DNA of 63,622 nt, filler included, from Vannella sp. (Eukaryota): the NCBI GenBank assembly GCA_023345925.1. It is 8 parts of 8 records of this genome, joined end to end, with 100 filler letters (N's around TTAATTAATTAA, not from the genome) between each part and the next. Parts side by side here need not be neighbours in the genome. Positions count along the whole stretch, not along the records: positions 32,417 to 39,120 come from JAJQQN010000079.1; positions 39,221 to 52,139 come from JAJQQN010000123.1; 6 more parts are not named here. One strand, written 5' to 3'. Positions within the stretch are counted from its first letter, which is position 1. Every line of letters begins with the position of its first letter. The position numbers were made by a program, and so were the translations under genes. Below, in pieces: positions 32,846-44,138 of the stretch. The notes under the pieces were generated by a model, which saw only the letters and a list, made by a program, of their open reading frames with translations, did no database searches and was not told the DNA's origin.

Positions 32846-34962
32846 TCATTGGGGAGATGGTAAGAAGGGAGAGTTCTGCTGGGCCAGGTAGTCCTTGGCA
32901 GCATCGGATAGAAGAGGAGAGAGTTTGAATTGACATTGGCGTTGGTAATTCTCCAGCCATTCTCTCTGGCGCAGGGAAAGGAGATTCCAATCCACTAAAG
33001 TGGGCTGAATCGGCACCTACAGAATGTAAGTCCAACGCCCTGGGTTGCCCTGGTCCGGAAGATGCCTCACCCAAGTGAGGTTCTCAAAAGAGAAAGAAGG
33101 AGTGCCTTGGAACTGATGCCGGGTTTCTGCTTCCCGAATGAGATAGTCGTTTTCAATCCTCACTCCAAATTGGCCATCTTCGTAGTATCCAGGCTCTAAT
33201 TGGGTGGTGAGAGTTGGTGAGGCATCAGAAATCCAGTCTTACCGATGGTTACTGTCATCCCTGGTAGTAGAGGAGTCGAGAAATAACCGCTGCTGTTTCC
33301 TTCGGATGAGCTTATCAATGTTGGAGGCTCATGAACGCTCAGGAACGAGCCAACACCATGTCCTGTTCCATGGCGATACTCGAGTCCGTCTTCCCACAGC
33401 GGCAACCGAGCAATGGTGTCCAAAGAGCGACCAACAGTACCTTTGGGAAATACAGTTGATGCCAAGTTAATATGCCCTTGAAGCACTCGAGTAAAGCACC
33501 TCTTCTGGTGCTCCGAAGGAGTGCCAAAATGAACAGTTCTTGTGACATCCGTTGTCCCATCGCTGCTTCCGAGTCAGTAATCCGTCAAAGTATTCAAAGT
33601 TGCTCACAAATACTGCCCTCCTGAGTCACAAAGATACATTCCTTCAGAGTCAATCACAGCGCTGGTTTCTTTCTCAGGGTGGTAGTGAATAATAGCCGCA
33701 TTCGCTCCAGTGCTGGAAATGGTGCCAAAAGACGGTCCAACGAAGAGCTCCTTCTCTTGCCGGAACTCTCTCAAGCGCTCAGCACCTTCGAACTCGGTCA
33801 GCTTTGCTCCTTCTTTGAGTTGGGTAGTCAACCAGGCAAGGTATTCCACAATAGCAGCAGAGTCTCTGAGACAACTCTCTCGAAGACCTTCTCTTTCGGT
33901 GGCATTCTTGGTTGCTTTGAGGACAGCAACAGGAGAATGTTGCAAAACTCTTTGGCTCTTTGGAACAACAGAGAATAGACCATAATTCGATGTAGCTGGA
34001 TCCAACCAAACCCTCTGAAGTTACTTGTCAGTTCAGATTAGATAGAGAGGGGTGCAGTACGGACCAATCCGGATGACTTTTGGCGGACATCATCGAACAC
34101 TGCACGGTAAGGGCGAATGCAGACTCCTTGCTCTTCCACATGTGTCCTGCATTCTTCGTTGATCTTTTCTTCCTCCACATACCAGAAAGCTTCGCTCTGG
34201 GAGACAACTGCGTAGGAAAGGACGAGCGGGTTGTACTCAATGTCTGCTCCCCGGATATTGTAGAGCCCTGGGAGCTAGTGAGATGATGCAAAGAGGCTTT
34301 TGGGTAACGCACATGCTATCTCATCCAAAGAGGAGAGCGCAACGAGGTCGGCTTTCTTCTTTGTTAGCTCCTCGCGTACTTTTGAGAGCTTTTCTCGGCA
34401 CTCTTGACCTGAGTACTTCAGTGGATGAGGGAAGGCCTTTTCTAGAGGGAAGGAGGGGCGATCAGGCCAACAGTGAGCGATGATCTCGCCCCCCAAAGGA
34501 ACGAGTTCAACTGTTTGCCCACAGCTTTCTTTCCTTAGCTCCTTAGACCAGTCATGGAAGCTTCGATAAGAGACCTTTTGCGCTTCTATACCAACTCGAC
34601 CTCCTTCAGCCAACTGCTGGAGCAGCCACTGCGCAATGGAAGGAGTGTCGGGCAACCCCGCCTTCATCAGGCTCCACTCATCACTCAGCTCTTGGCTAGC
34701 TTGCAGGAAGTACCTTCCGTCTGTCCACAAGGCTGCTTTGTCTTCTGTTACCACAGCAGTCCCATTAGAGCCTGTAAATCCGGAGATAAACTCGCGTTGC
34801 TTGTCTGCAGCGCAGATGTACTCGCTCTGCCCAGCCCCGTCAGCTTTCTCCCTTTCCCTTTCCTCTCTTCCCTACCATGTGCGCATCTGACGAAGGGATG
34901 ATGTACGCGTTGACCTTCTGAGCGCGCATTGCCTCTCGGAGAAGTCGCAGACGGCACTGCAT
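32846..34962 (-). CDS. XPNPEP1: Xaa-Pro aminopeptidase 1 (aminopeptidase P), multi-exon
   Basis: DAH..SEYI, WTDGRYF, AIIHY, DSGGQY, DGTTDVTRT, HGTGHGVG, EPGYY..FGVRIEN. Confidence 0.95.
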
Positions 34963-35023
34963 TGCACCGCACCCGGTCCCAACAACGAATGAGACTGTCA
35001 AGCTGTATTGCTGTCATAGTATC

Positions 35024-37496
35024 CTACACACGCCTACTGTAGAGGTACATGTAGCCCATGGAGAAAGGTGGGTTCGCAGAGAGGCAAACCTGAGAGAAGT
35101 GTCAGTCCGGCCGGAGTGGTGCAAAAAGGGTGCAAATCTTACCTTGCGGTCGTTGAAGATGGTCCATTTGCCATTCTTTCGGATGTGACAAAGATAGTGG
35201 CCTGAAGAGATGTTAGAGCCGATGTGGCTGATGATTGCCTTCAATTCATATTCCCCTGAACCAGTCGGAACCGTGGGAATAAGGTCGGACACTTGAGCTT
35301 GAACGGGCTCGTGGCTGAAGCACCAATCTACTGCCCGCTCTATGTCTCCACCTGTCTCCCGCAGTCCCTTTTCTGCGTGGGAGTACTCGATTCCCATTGA
35401 AATGAGCATTGCCAGTGCTTCTTCGTTCACATCAGCACCCTCTGGCTCTCCACCAGCCTGAGGAAGAGGGTCGTTGATGTTTGCATCCTCCATGTGCTCC
35501 ATCAGCCAGTTTGTTGCAGCGTCAGCTGATGAGTTGTTCACGGCTATCAGAGCACGGGAGCATGCGTTAACACTAAAGCCCATCATGGCGAGTATCTCAA
35601 GCATTGCTTGATCTGCCTGAGGCTGAGCTGGGACATTAGCAGCGTTGTCTTCTGGGAGTCCAATTTCTCCTGGCTTCATTCCTGTTCCTCTGAGAGCCTC
35701 CAAAGAGAGATACTCAGGCATGGGAATGTCTGCCTCAAGCTTCTTGGGAGTCCAATCTTCAGAGAGAACGTATCTCCGCAAGTGGATCATCAAATAAGTG
35801 GGGAACGTCTTGAACCGCACAGATTTGGTTGCCGTTCCCCTCGAATTAGTTGCTGAAGAAAAGAAGCTTCCAATCTTCTCAGGAGATGCGAAGCTTTGCA
35901 AGATACTGTCAAATGGCACTTGCAGACGCACTGGTGCCGCAGACTTGTCGATCTGACCGGAAGCTAATTGTTCCTGATATTGAGAAACGGCCACCTGGTT
36001 CGTGGCCGCCTCCAACGGAACAGAGAGAGAGAGAACATTCTCTTCATGATTCGTGTAGCGCACCATGTGGCTGGCATCGCACTCCAAACGGGTCTCCATC
36101 TCAAAACGGAAGTGTTTTGTGACGTCCTTATCCATATTCCCCTGTGCTTGGTCCTCACGGGTAATGCGAGTGAGGATATGTTGGTAATACTCCAATGCAT
36201 CCTGCTGTAAATTGGTAGCGAACTCAGAATGACCTTTTCCCAATAAGCCTTTCACCATCTGAGGGGAAACAGAGATCTCGTCTGCATAGCGTTCAGTGCA
36301 AAGTCCCATGCCAAGCTTAGAGAGTTGGCAAGTGACATTCTCAGCTGGATTGGGGTCAGAACGGAAGATTTCCGCGGAAGGTGTGACGTAGCGGGCTTCT
36401 ACGTCTGGTAGAGAGAAGAGAACTTGGTACACCGAATTGCAATAGCAAGAGTTGCCAAGGTTCCGCAATCCCACGAAACCGGCTCCTTGGACAGGCACCT
36501 GTTCGCTCCCTGCCTCAGTAAGCCGGTCAAAGTCATAAGAAAGATTGAGGGCAATGTCAAGCTCTGCCATTGTCTTCTCAGTCTTCTCCATCTGCATCAT
36601 GTTGATGCCCCAATGCGCCAGATGCTCTGCAAGCTTAGGGTCCTCCACCATGTCATCTTCGTCTTCCGCATAGGAGTACACATCAGCGCCTTGAGGAGTA
36701 ATGGTACCTAGCTTGACTGCCAAGGGATACTGGCGCCCTGTCTCCAAGTAATGAGTCAAGGCTGCACCTGTCCCACCAGTTCCATCCCAGTTCTTGCGTC
36801 CACTGCCGATGACACCCGTGGAGAGATTGAGCCATAGGTTCTCTGTCATTCCACTCTCGTAGCACTTCCAGTCCTTGGGGTTCGGGCTGACTTTCAATCC
36901 TGTGTTCAGCTGAGGTAGGTTTGCCGCGTATTTGCTCACAACGAGCTTTTCCTCCCCTTTGAAAGAGAGATTAGTGCGTGAGAAGAAAGACTGATTCATA
37001 GCTTACATTGTTCAATGGCTACACGCTTGGTGGCATCTTCCATAGCGAGAATAGCATCGACGCTCAAGCGCACCCCAATGGGAAGGTCGTCATTTGGTAG
37101 GGAAAGGCTGATACGATCAGGCATGACATAAATCTCATGTTCCTTTTCATAGTGGAACTTTTCTTGCTCCACCTGGAACCCTCCCTCCCCTCCAATCGCC
37201 ATTTTGGTCGGTGCTTCAACATCCTCCATCTTGTTTGTGGGCTCCTCCAACACTTTGGTCCACTTTTGGCGCAAGTAGAGAGACTGAGACGTCTTCTGAT
37301 GGTCAAGATCAAGGTAGTCGTATCCAACAGCATGGAAAGTCGACAGATTAACAAACAGTCCTCCCTGGGACTCGGGAGTGTCAAAGGAGTAAACACACTC
37401 GTCCTTGTACACAGACGATCCCTGATCAGGTATCTTCACCTGATTCAACCCCCTCCTAATAGTCTCCAAAGCAGCCGAGGTCGGAGTTTGCGACAT
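35024..37496 (-). CDS. USP5: ubiquitin-specific protease 5/13 (isopeptidase T / Ubp14)
   Basis: VYKDEC, ZnF-UBP (ENLWLNL..GR), GLRNLGNSCY, QQDA, two UBA domains, SGHY, FND. Confidence 0.96.
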
Positions 37497-37519
37497 GTCC
37501 AAACCAGAGGCAAAAGGAA

Positions 37520-37622
37520 AAATGAGGGGAAATGAAAGGGAAATGAAAGGGAAATGAAAGGGAAATGAAGGGGAAATGAAGGGGAGATGAAGGGGAAATG
37601 AAAGGGAAATGAAGGTGAAATG
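37520..37622 (+). repeat. 11-bp tandem minisatellite (GGGAAATGAAR), about 9 copies
   Basis: Visible direct tandem repeat immediately upstream of the USP5 ATG. Confidence 0.9.
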
Positions 37623-37658
37623 TTGTTTTCAGTAAGTCGTTTACTGGAACTGAGAATC

Positions 37659-38882
37659 TCATCTGGACCAGGCATTGTTGCGCAAGAGAGTTTTGGTGAA
37701 GTCATCAGGAGAAACCCGGCTCTTTTTCATGGTCTCCAAAAGGGGCCCGATGTGTTGTGTTTGATCGTTCTTGAAGCAGTGGGAGAGGATAATGTTGAAA
37801 GTGAAGACATTCGGCTGGGAGATGGGGAGCATTCGTTCCCAAAACTGCATCGCGATCGGGAATTTCTGCGTTTTGAAGAGATGCTCGACTGCTTTGTTCA
37901 AGAGTAGTGTTGTTGGCTCATAATCAGCGTTAATGAGATCGTTTAGAACTGTAAGCGCCTCTCTGGTAGCGCCCTGATCGATCAATGCAGTCGCTAGAAT
38001 CACATAAACTTTGATGCCGATCGTTTCCTTGGTTTGTTTCAGGTCCTGGTAGATCTTATGAGCAGCTAGGACAAGAGATCGTGAACCCTGTTTACAAAGT
38101 CCATTGATAAGTGTACTGTAAGTGATCAGGTTCGGCTGATCTCCGGTAGATCGCATCGCTTCAAACACCTGCAATGCTTTCTTTCCCTTGTCCGCCTTGC
38201 AGAGAGCGAAGATCAGGTTGCTATACACGTACTCATCGAGCTTGACTTTCTGAGAGTCGCAGTCACTGAGCAATCGAACAGCCTTCTCGGTCATCCCTTG
38301 GTTGAGGTATTCCCGAATAAGAGCTGAGGCAGTGTGGCAGGAGAGTGGCATCTGCCCTTTGTGTTGTTCAAAGAACGATATAGCTTGTTGAAATTGGCCA
38401 GTGCGTGTGAAGTGGTTGACGAGGATGCTGCAAGAGAACACATCATGGGGAATGCCTGCTTTCCTGCGCATTGATTCGAGGTCCTCGAGTGTGAGGGAGC
38501 GCACTTGTTCATTCTTGCAGATCCCGTCCAAGATGATGTTATAGGACTCGATGTCAGCACTGTCTCCTAAGGCAAGAAAGACTTTGGTGGCTTCTCTGAT
38601 CAGTCCGCTCTTGGCCAGTTGATCAATGATACGATTAGAGGCTTGGATAAACAGAACACCATTCAGCTCTTGTGACGAGTGCCACAACTGCAAGGCTTTG
38701 TTTGGATCGTCATTCTCTTTACAGAGAGTCAGAAATCTGTGAATGTGTTGGCCATTGCAAGCAGAGCGGGTTTCCCAAACTTCCCTGATGCTCCTTAACG
38801 AACAGTCCAAACTTCTGGCCTGCAGAGCAGTCTCCAATGGATGTGAAGAGCAAAAGGAACGGATCGAACGAGACATCCTCAT
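37659..38882 (-). CDS. P-class pentatricopeptide repeat protein, probably mitochondrial
   Basis: 35-aa repeats (YSNLIFALCKADK, PNLITYSTLINGLCKQG, PNVFTFNIIL); presequence MRMSRSIRSFCSS. Confidence 0.92.
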   Translation of the reverse strand: MRMSRSIRSFCSSHPLETALQARSLDCSLRSIREVWETRSACNGQHIHRFLTLCKENDDPNKALQLWHSSQELNGVLFIQASNRIIDQLAKSGLIREATKVFLALGDSADIESYNIILDGICKNEQVRSLTLEDLESMRRKAGIPHDVFSCSILVNHFTRTGQFQQAISFFEQHKGQMPLSCHTASALIREYLNQGMTEKAVRLLSDCDSQKVKLDEYVYSNLIFALCKADKGKKALQVFEAMRSTGDQPNLITYSTLINGLCKQGSRSLVLAAHKIYQDLKQTKETIGIKVYVILATALIDQGATREALTVLNDLINADYEPTTLLLNKAVEHLFKTQKFPIAMQFWERMLPISQPNVFTFNIILSHCFKNDQTQHIGPLLETMKKSRVSPDDFTKTLLRNNAWSR

Positions 38883-39120
38883 TCCGAAACAACCTCTCAA
38901 CAAAGAACTGAACACAAACCCCAATCCTAAAATCTGGATAACCGAAATAAACAGCCAAGGAGTGCCAAACAATGCCTCTGTACTTCCATTGTATTTTAAA
39001 CTTTAATTTGGCGATTTCAGCGCGAAAAAACGCATCCTTTTTTTTTTTTTTTTATTCGTTGAAAAACGAAGGGCACGGTTTGCCTTTACAATTAGGCGGA
39101 TCGTCGGCCCAGCCCTGGTC

Positions 39121-39220
39121 NNNNNNNNNNNNNNNNNNNNNNNNNNNNNNNNNNNNNNNNNNNNTTAATTAATTAANNNNNNNNNNNNNNNNNNNNNNNN
39201 NNNNNNNNNNNNNNNNNNNN
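39121..39220. other. artificial contig linker
   Basis: N44-TTAATTAATTAA-N44. Confidence 0.99.
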
Positions 39221-39753
39221 CTTCTCGAGGCCAGAGAAGGCAGCGTTGGCGACAACGAGAGGAACCTCGGGGATGTTGTCGATGCTGTGACCGCGAGCCA
39301 TCACCAGGGAGGGAAGGGCGCTAGCAGCCAGAGCAGCGCAGACAGCCATTCGCTTCTGGTTCAAGTTCACTCGGCGGTGCCAGCGTCTCCAGACCTTGTT
39401 GGGGGCGAACATACCACCACCTCGGCACATGTTACCGAAGGCGGCTTGTCCGGAGCGGGAGGTTCCACCACCGGGAACACGGGGAATACGGGCAACAGCG
39501 CGACCAGTTCCCCAGGACTCAGCGGAAGTCTGGTAACCAGCACCAACCTTCACGGCGTAAGCCTGACGGCTGTTCTTGTTGACGTTCGTGTGAACGAACT
39601 GAACAACATCAGAACGGATAGGGGCGGTGAAGACAGCGGGGAGAGCGATCTGGGAGGTCTCCTTTCCCTCAGCAGACCAAACTTGAACAAGAGGACGTGC
39701 GGCCTGAAGAACAACATCAGAAACGATCAAGAAAGGTTAGGTCAACGCACCAT
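39221..39753 (-). CDS. RPL4: 60S ribosomal protein L4 (uL4), 3'-truncated; intron directly after the ATG
   Basis: ATG|gtgcgt..tcag|[30 protein letters not shown]. Confidence 0.97.
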
Positions 39754-39908
39754 TGGCTAAGCAACAAAAAAAGGGCGTGAAGAAAGACGAACCAAAGAGC
39801 AACGAAAATTTTCGTTCCCGATTTTCAAGAAGTCTGTATCAAGAGCAACAAAAATCAAATGACCCATCTTTAATAGTGAAATGTACAAGCAACACCATCA
39901 TTTTAATC

Positions 39909-40687
39909 ATGAGCACAAAGCCCCGCGTTGATCCGGTTGACAAAGCGTTGCCGAAAGGGAGAGGGGAGGTTGGTGGCGATTAGTTTGTCGTGGAGAGATA
40001 ATAATGTGGATTAGGTCAGCCTAAGCGCGTTCTCTTTCCTCTTCTCGGAGCTCATTCAGTACAGCCAGTCGCGGACTAACCAGATTACCTTGCTGGAGGG
40101 TCGGTGCGTGGATCACCCGGAGGGAGAATAGTCCTTCTTTCTAACAATCTTGAAAGCCTCTCCGACATTGGTTGGTCAGTGGGTCAACGGATGATCGACG
40201 GCCTTATCTACCGTGAAAAGGGTCTTCGGAGGGAGACACGGCTCATTAACGTCCTCTCCTTCATCCAAAACAGCGTCTGGAGGAGCCTTTTCGGTCGTCC
40301 TGCAGATTCAATAGAGCGTAGTTTGGAGCATGGAGATCAATGTATGCTTATTCCCTCGAAAGAGGAATGCAACGACGGATGCTCATCTGACTCTGGATGC
40401 TCTTGTAGTTATGATTATTGATGAGATGCCCATCACAAACAAGTTTGTGTCCGTTCCCAAGGAGATGGGATCTCTTAACTGTGCAGCCTTTGTGGCTGGA
40501 GTTGTTAAAGGTGTCCTTGATGCCACTAACTTCGTAAGTTCTACCTCCATGTCCTGCAGCTTCTCACCTTTCCCCGCCCATGTAGAATCCCGAGAAAGTA
40601 ACGGCTTGCCGTGCACAGGACTCACAGAACACAGTTATTGTGATCAAGTTTGGAGACGAGAACACTCTGCCTTTCAGTCTCTCTTAG
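39909..40687 (+). CDS. TRAPPC5: TRAPP complex subunit 5 (Trs31), multi-exon
   Basis: VSLSAFSFLFSELIQY, WRSLFGRPAD, SVPKEMGSLNCAAFVAGVV. Confidence 0.93.
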
Positions 40688-40739
40688 CTTAGACACCCTC
40701 TAGAACCTCTCCAATGCATGGTCATTTATTCTTCGCCAA

Positions 40740-41069
40740 CTATTCCTTCAAAAGGAACATCTTAAAGCGGGCTGGAACAGAGTGGGGAGGAGAACGGCGG
40801 ATTGTCTCCCAAATCAGCGTCCGAAGTGAATTCATGTTTGGGACTTGCCCATGCAACCAGGAGATATCGCGGCGTAGTTGCCTTATCTGTCTCACGTCTT
40901 GCTCATCCGTTAGGGTCACAAGCAAGTAGCGAAGCTTCATCAACAAAGAACAGATCAGGATCAGATCCTCTTCCTCCTGCAAAGCCTCTTCTCTCCCCTC
41001 GCGCTTCCCCTCCCCGCCTTTCATTAGAATAGTAAATTCCACCACTTTCGGGTCGCTTGGCACGGCCAT
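40740..41069 (-). CDS. small hypothetical protein
   Basis: Open frame with helical composition between TRAPPC5 and the RhoGEF/GAP gene; no motif. Confidence 0.3.
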   Translation of the reverse strand: MAVPSDPKVVEFTILMKGGEGKREGREEALQEEEDLILICSLLMKLRYLLVTLTDEQDVRQIRQLRRDISWLHGQVPNMNSLRTLIWETIRRSPPHSVPARFKMFLLKE

Positions 41070-41144
41070 GTCGATTGATGAAGTGTCAGTGCCTTCTGAT
41101 TGGACGCCCGTCGGGGCTGCTTTGGGGCCGCTTCGTACATTTGG

Positions 41145-44072
41145 ATGCTTGCTAGTCGCAAGAAGCGTCTTCGGCAAGCCCCTGGCGCTTCAGGAACGGG
41201 CACGGGAGTGGGAGAGGATGAGGAGCTGTCTATCTCTGAGATAGAGACGACGGTAGGTCGACAAAGGAGGAGAGGGGGAGACTAGGGCTGACGTTGGGCT
41301 CTCTCAAGCGCGTCATGTCCAATATCTCGCTGCTGTTACGCGGTACAGGTGTTCGCAACTTTACATTGCAATGGAACAACGAGTACTTACCGATTCCTCG
41401 TTCTTCTGAGGACCGGAAGCTTCTCTTCTCAGAGGGGACCATCACCGTCCTGGTATGGCCCATCTTTCCGTGCTGGTTGTGGTGCTGACCCAGGCATACA
41501 AGAAAACGATACAGGGGGAGTTAACGCACATCCTAGAGAGCCAACACCGCACTCGTCAGGCTGTCCGCATCCAAGCCAACGTCCGTGGGTGGTTGGTGCG
41601 CAAGAACACGCAACGAAGTAGGTTACCAATGTACTGTGATACATCCAGGGACTCATTGAGTCATGGATAGTGTTCCAACTGCTCCCACAGGTGCGAGTGG
41701 GGCGCTCTATCTACATCGAGCTGTTGACCACGGAGGAGTGCTACATCCAGATGCTCAGAGAGGCAATCACCGTAAGTTGGCCTTCTCATCAACCAAAGAG
41801 ACATTCAGAGAGTGTGACACTCCCTTAGGACCATCTAATCCCCCTGAGGTCGAAAATGACGGACTCTGGGGAGATACAGGACATGATAGCGATCTTCTCC
41901 AACATCGAAACACTCTTAGAAGTGCACGAAAAGATCCACAAAGTCATGTTGGACATCCAAGACTTGAGCTGGCCCATCATTCAGGGACTTGGGCGCCTCT
42001 TTATGGAGAATGCGCATGCCTTTCAGAACTACCAGGCCTACGCAGAGAACTCAAAAGTCTCTCAGGCCACTCTTGAGAAAGTCTTGTCTCAAAAGAAGAG
42101 CAAACTGAGAGATGTCATTGAAGTATGCGACATTCTTCCTCTTCTTGAAGTCTTTTTGACACTCGACAGGGCGACGATGCAGGGGAGCGACTCAAGAGAC
42201 TTCTAGGGGCACCGCTTCAGCATATTGAAAAGTACCAAAACATCTTCACGGCGTTCTCGTCCATTCCCAAAGGGCTGCTCAAGGATGAATACGAGATCCT
42301 CTCGCGGGTTCAGGCGATTATGCAAAACATCAATGACTTGGTGAAAAGGAGCCTCAAGCAAGCAGCTCGCTTTGCAGCAATCAAGGAGATCCAGCGGTCT
42401 ATCGTCAGCGATAGACCGATTAATCTCGTGCAGGAAAACCGCGTGTTTATGAGGAAGGGGACCATCAGTGGGTCTTTAAAGAAGAGCTACTATTTCCTTT
42501 TTAATGACTGCCTCCTTCTGACCAAAGCGCAAGGAGAGAAGTTCCGACTGGTTCATTATGTCAATCTGAATACGGTCATCCTCAAAGAGAACCCTTCAAG
42601 TAAGATCCCTCTCAGTAGCTCTAACTCACTCTGACGCTTGGCTTGCTCAAGAGAAGGGAACTTATGAGCTCTCTTTTGGGGAGACAACAATCGAAGTCCG
42701 CGAAGACAAAAAGTCAGACGCTGTGGGACATCTTCCGGTGAGGAATCACTACTCCTGACTGCTACAAATACTCAAGCATCATCAAGATCATCGCAGGGCA
42801 GATCGAAAAGATGAAAAACACGAATATTGTGTTCAATGTGCCTCTAGTTGAATTGGTGGCTCGCGAAAAGGAAGCGGCCCAGACACCTCCTGGTATTCCC
42901 AAAGTGGTTATGTTCCTCGTCGACCATTTAAAGAAGAGCGGTATGTGTAAGAAGCGTTTTGAGTGAGAAACTCACCTTGAATAAGGTCTCAAGACAGAGG
43001 GAATCCTCCGACATGCTGGAACGCGCGTTAAGACTGATGAACTTCACAAGATTCTTGATAATCGTGCGTACATCGCCTCTTTCACTCCATGGGCGAGAAG
43101 TAATAGAGGAGAACAGCTTCGTTGAACTTGGCCGAGGTGAACTTTGGCACTTACAACATCCACGATGTTGGGGCCGTTCTCCGCATTTTCTTCAGAGAGC
43201 TTCCAGATCCCCTCATCCCTTTCCGCTTGTATGAGCCTCTCATGGAGATTCAAAGAGACGTTTCGCTTCAGATTCGCGATCGCATTGTCGCGATTCGTTC
43301 TGTTATCGAGCAGATGCCACCCGGACACGTCCCCCTCCTGCGCTATCTTATTCGCTTCCTACAGGATGTGGAAGAGCATTCAGATGTCAATAAGATGACA
43401 GTATCGTAAGTCACTATTTGCCTTTCTGAAACTCTGCTTATCTCTACAAGGAACTTGGCCATCGTATTTGGACCCAACATCATTCGACCTCGTGTAGAAA
43501 CGGTTCAAAACGCATTGGAAATGCCTTTGCTGCAGGGCATTCTGCAGATTCTCATTGAGCACGAGGACATGATTTGGCAGAACCGAGGCCATTTGGCCAG
43601 CCGTCGCAAGAACAGGCCTCTTTCTGTGCTCTTTGTGGGGTCGAATTTGACACTTTTGAACCAAGAGGAGATGAGTGCACCGAGTGGCTTGATCTCTTTC
43701 CGTTCCCTCTCAAGAGCTTCTCCCGGCTGCGCTTCCCTTCCGGACATCGACCCTTGCGAGTCTGAATCAGAAGGTTCTGAGGCTGATGGACCCACTGCAG
43801 CAGATGCTCTCAGTCCCCACTCACGCAAGGCTGTCGCCCCCATCAAACGATTCGGGTCTGCTCTATCCAACGACTTGCTGTCCCTCAAGATAGACTTGTC
43901 CAACGAAACCACCCCTTCAGGTGCAGGAGATCGCCGAGCCTCTGGAACTGATTCCATCCTCTTTGCCAGGCCGGGTGCATTCGACCCGCCGGAAAGAAGC
44001 AACTCACTTGCAGGTATGTCACCTCTCAACAAGCGCGCCAACCGCAAGAGCAGGAAGTTCACTGCTTTATGA
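41145..44072 (+). CDS. IQ - RhoGEF (DH) - PH - RhoGAP protein, multi-exon (start uncertain)
   Basis: IQANVRGWLVRK; ELLTTEECYI, IFSNIE; YFLFNDCLL (PH); EGILRHAG arginine finger, FFRELPDPL, VNKM..NLAIVFGPNI. Confidence 0.88.
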
Positions 44073-44138
44073 ATAACCAAAACTCAATGGAAAGAAGCCA
44101 TTTGGGGTCAAAGGTCACTTTTCTTCGTCCCTTTAGGG

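Noticed and set aside
37445..37705. ORFs with FPFHFPFIS repeats
   Set aside because: Translation of the 11-bp minisatellite, not a credible protein.
39751..39753. ATG-only first coding exon of RPL4 as another 3-nt microexon
   Set aside because: It is the end of a normal first exon with 5'UTR, and start-codon introns are common in ribosomal protein genes.
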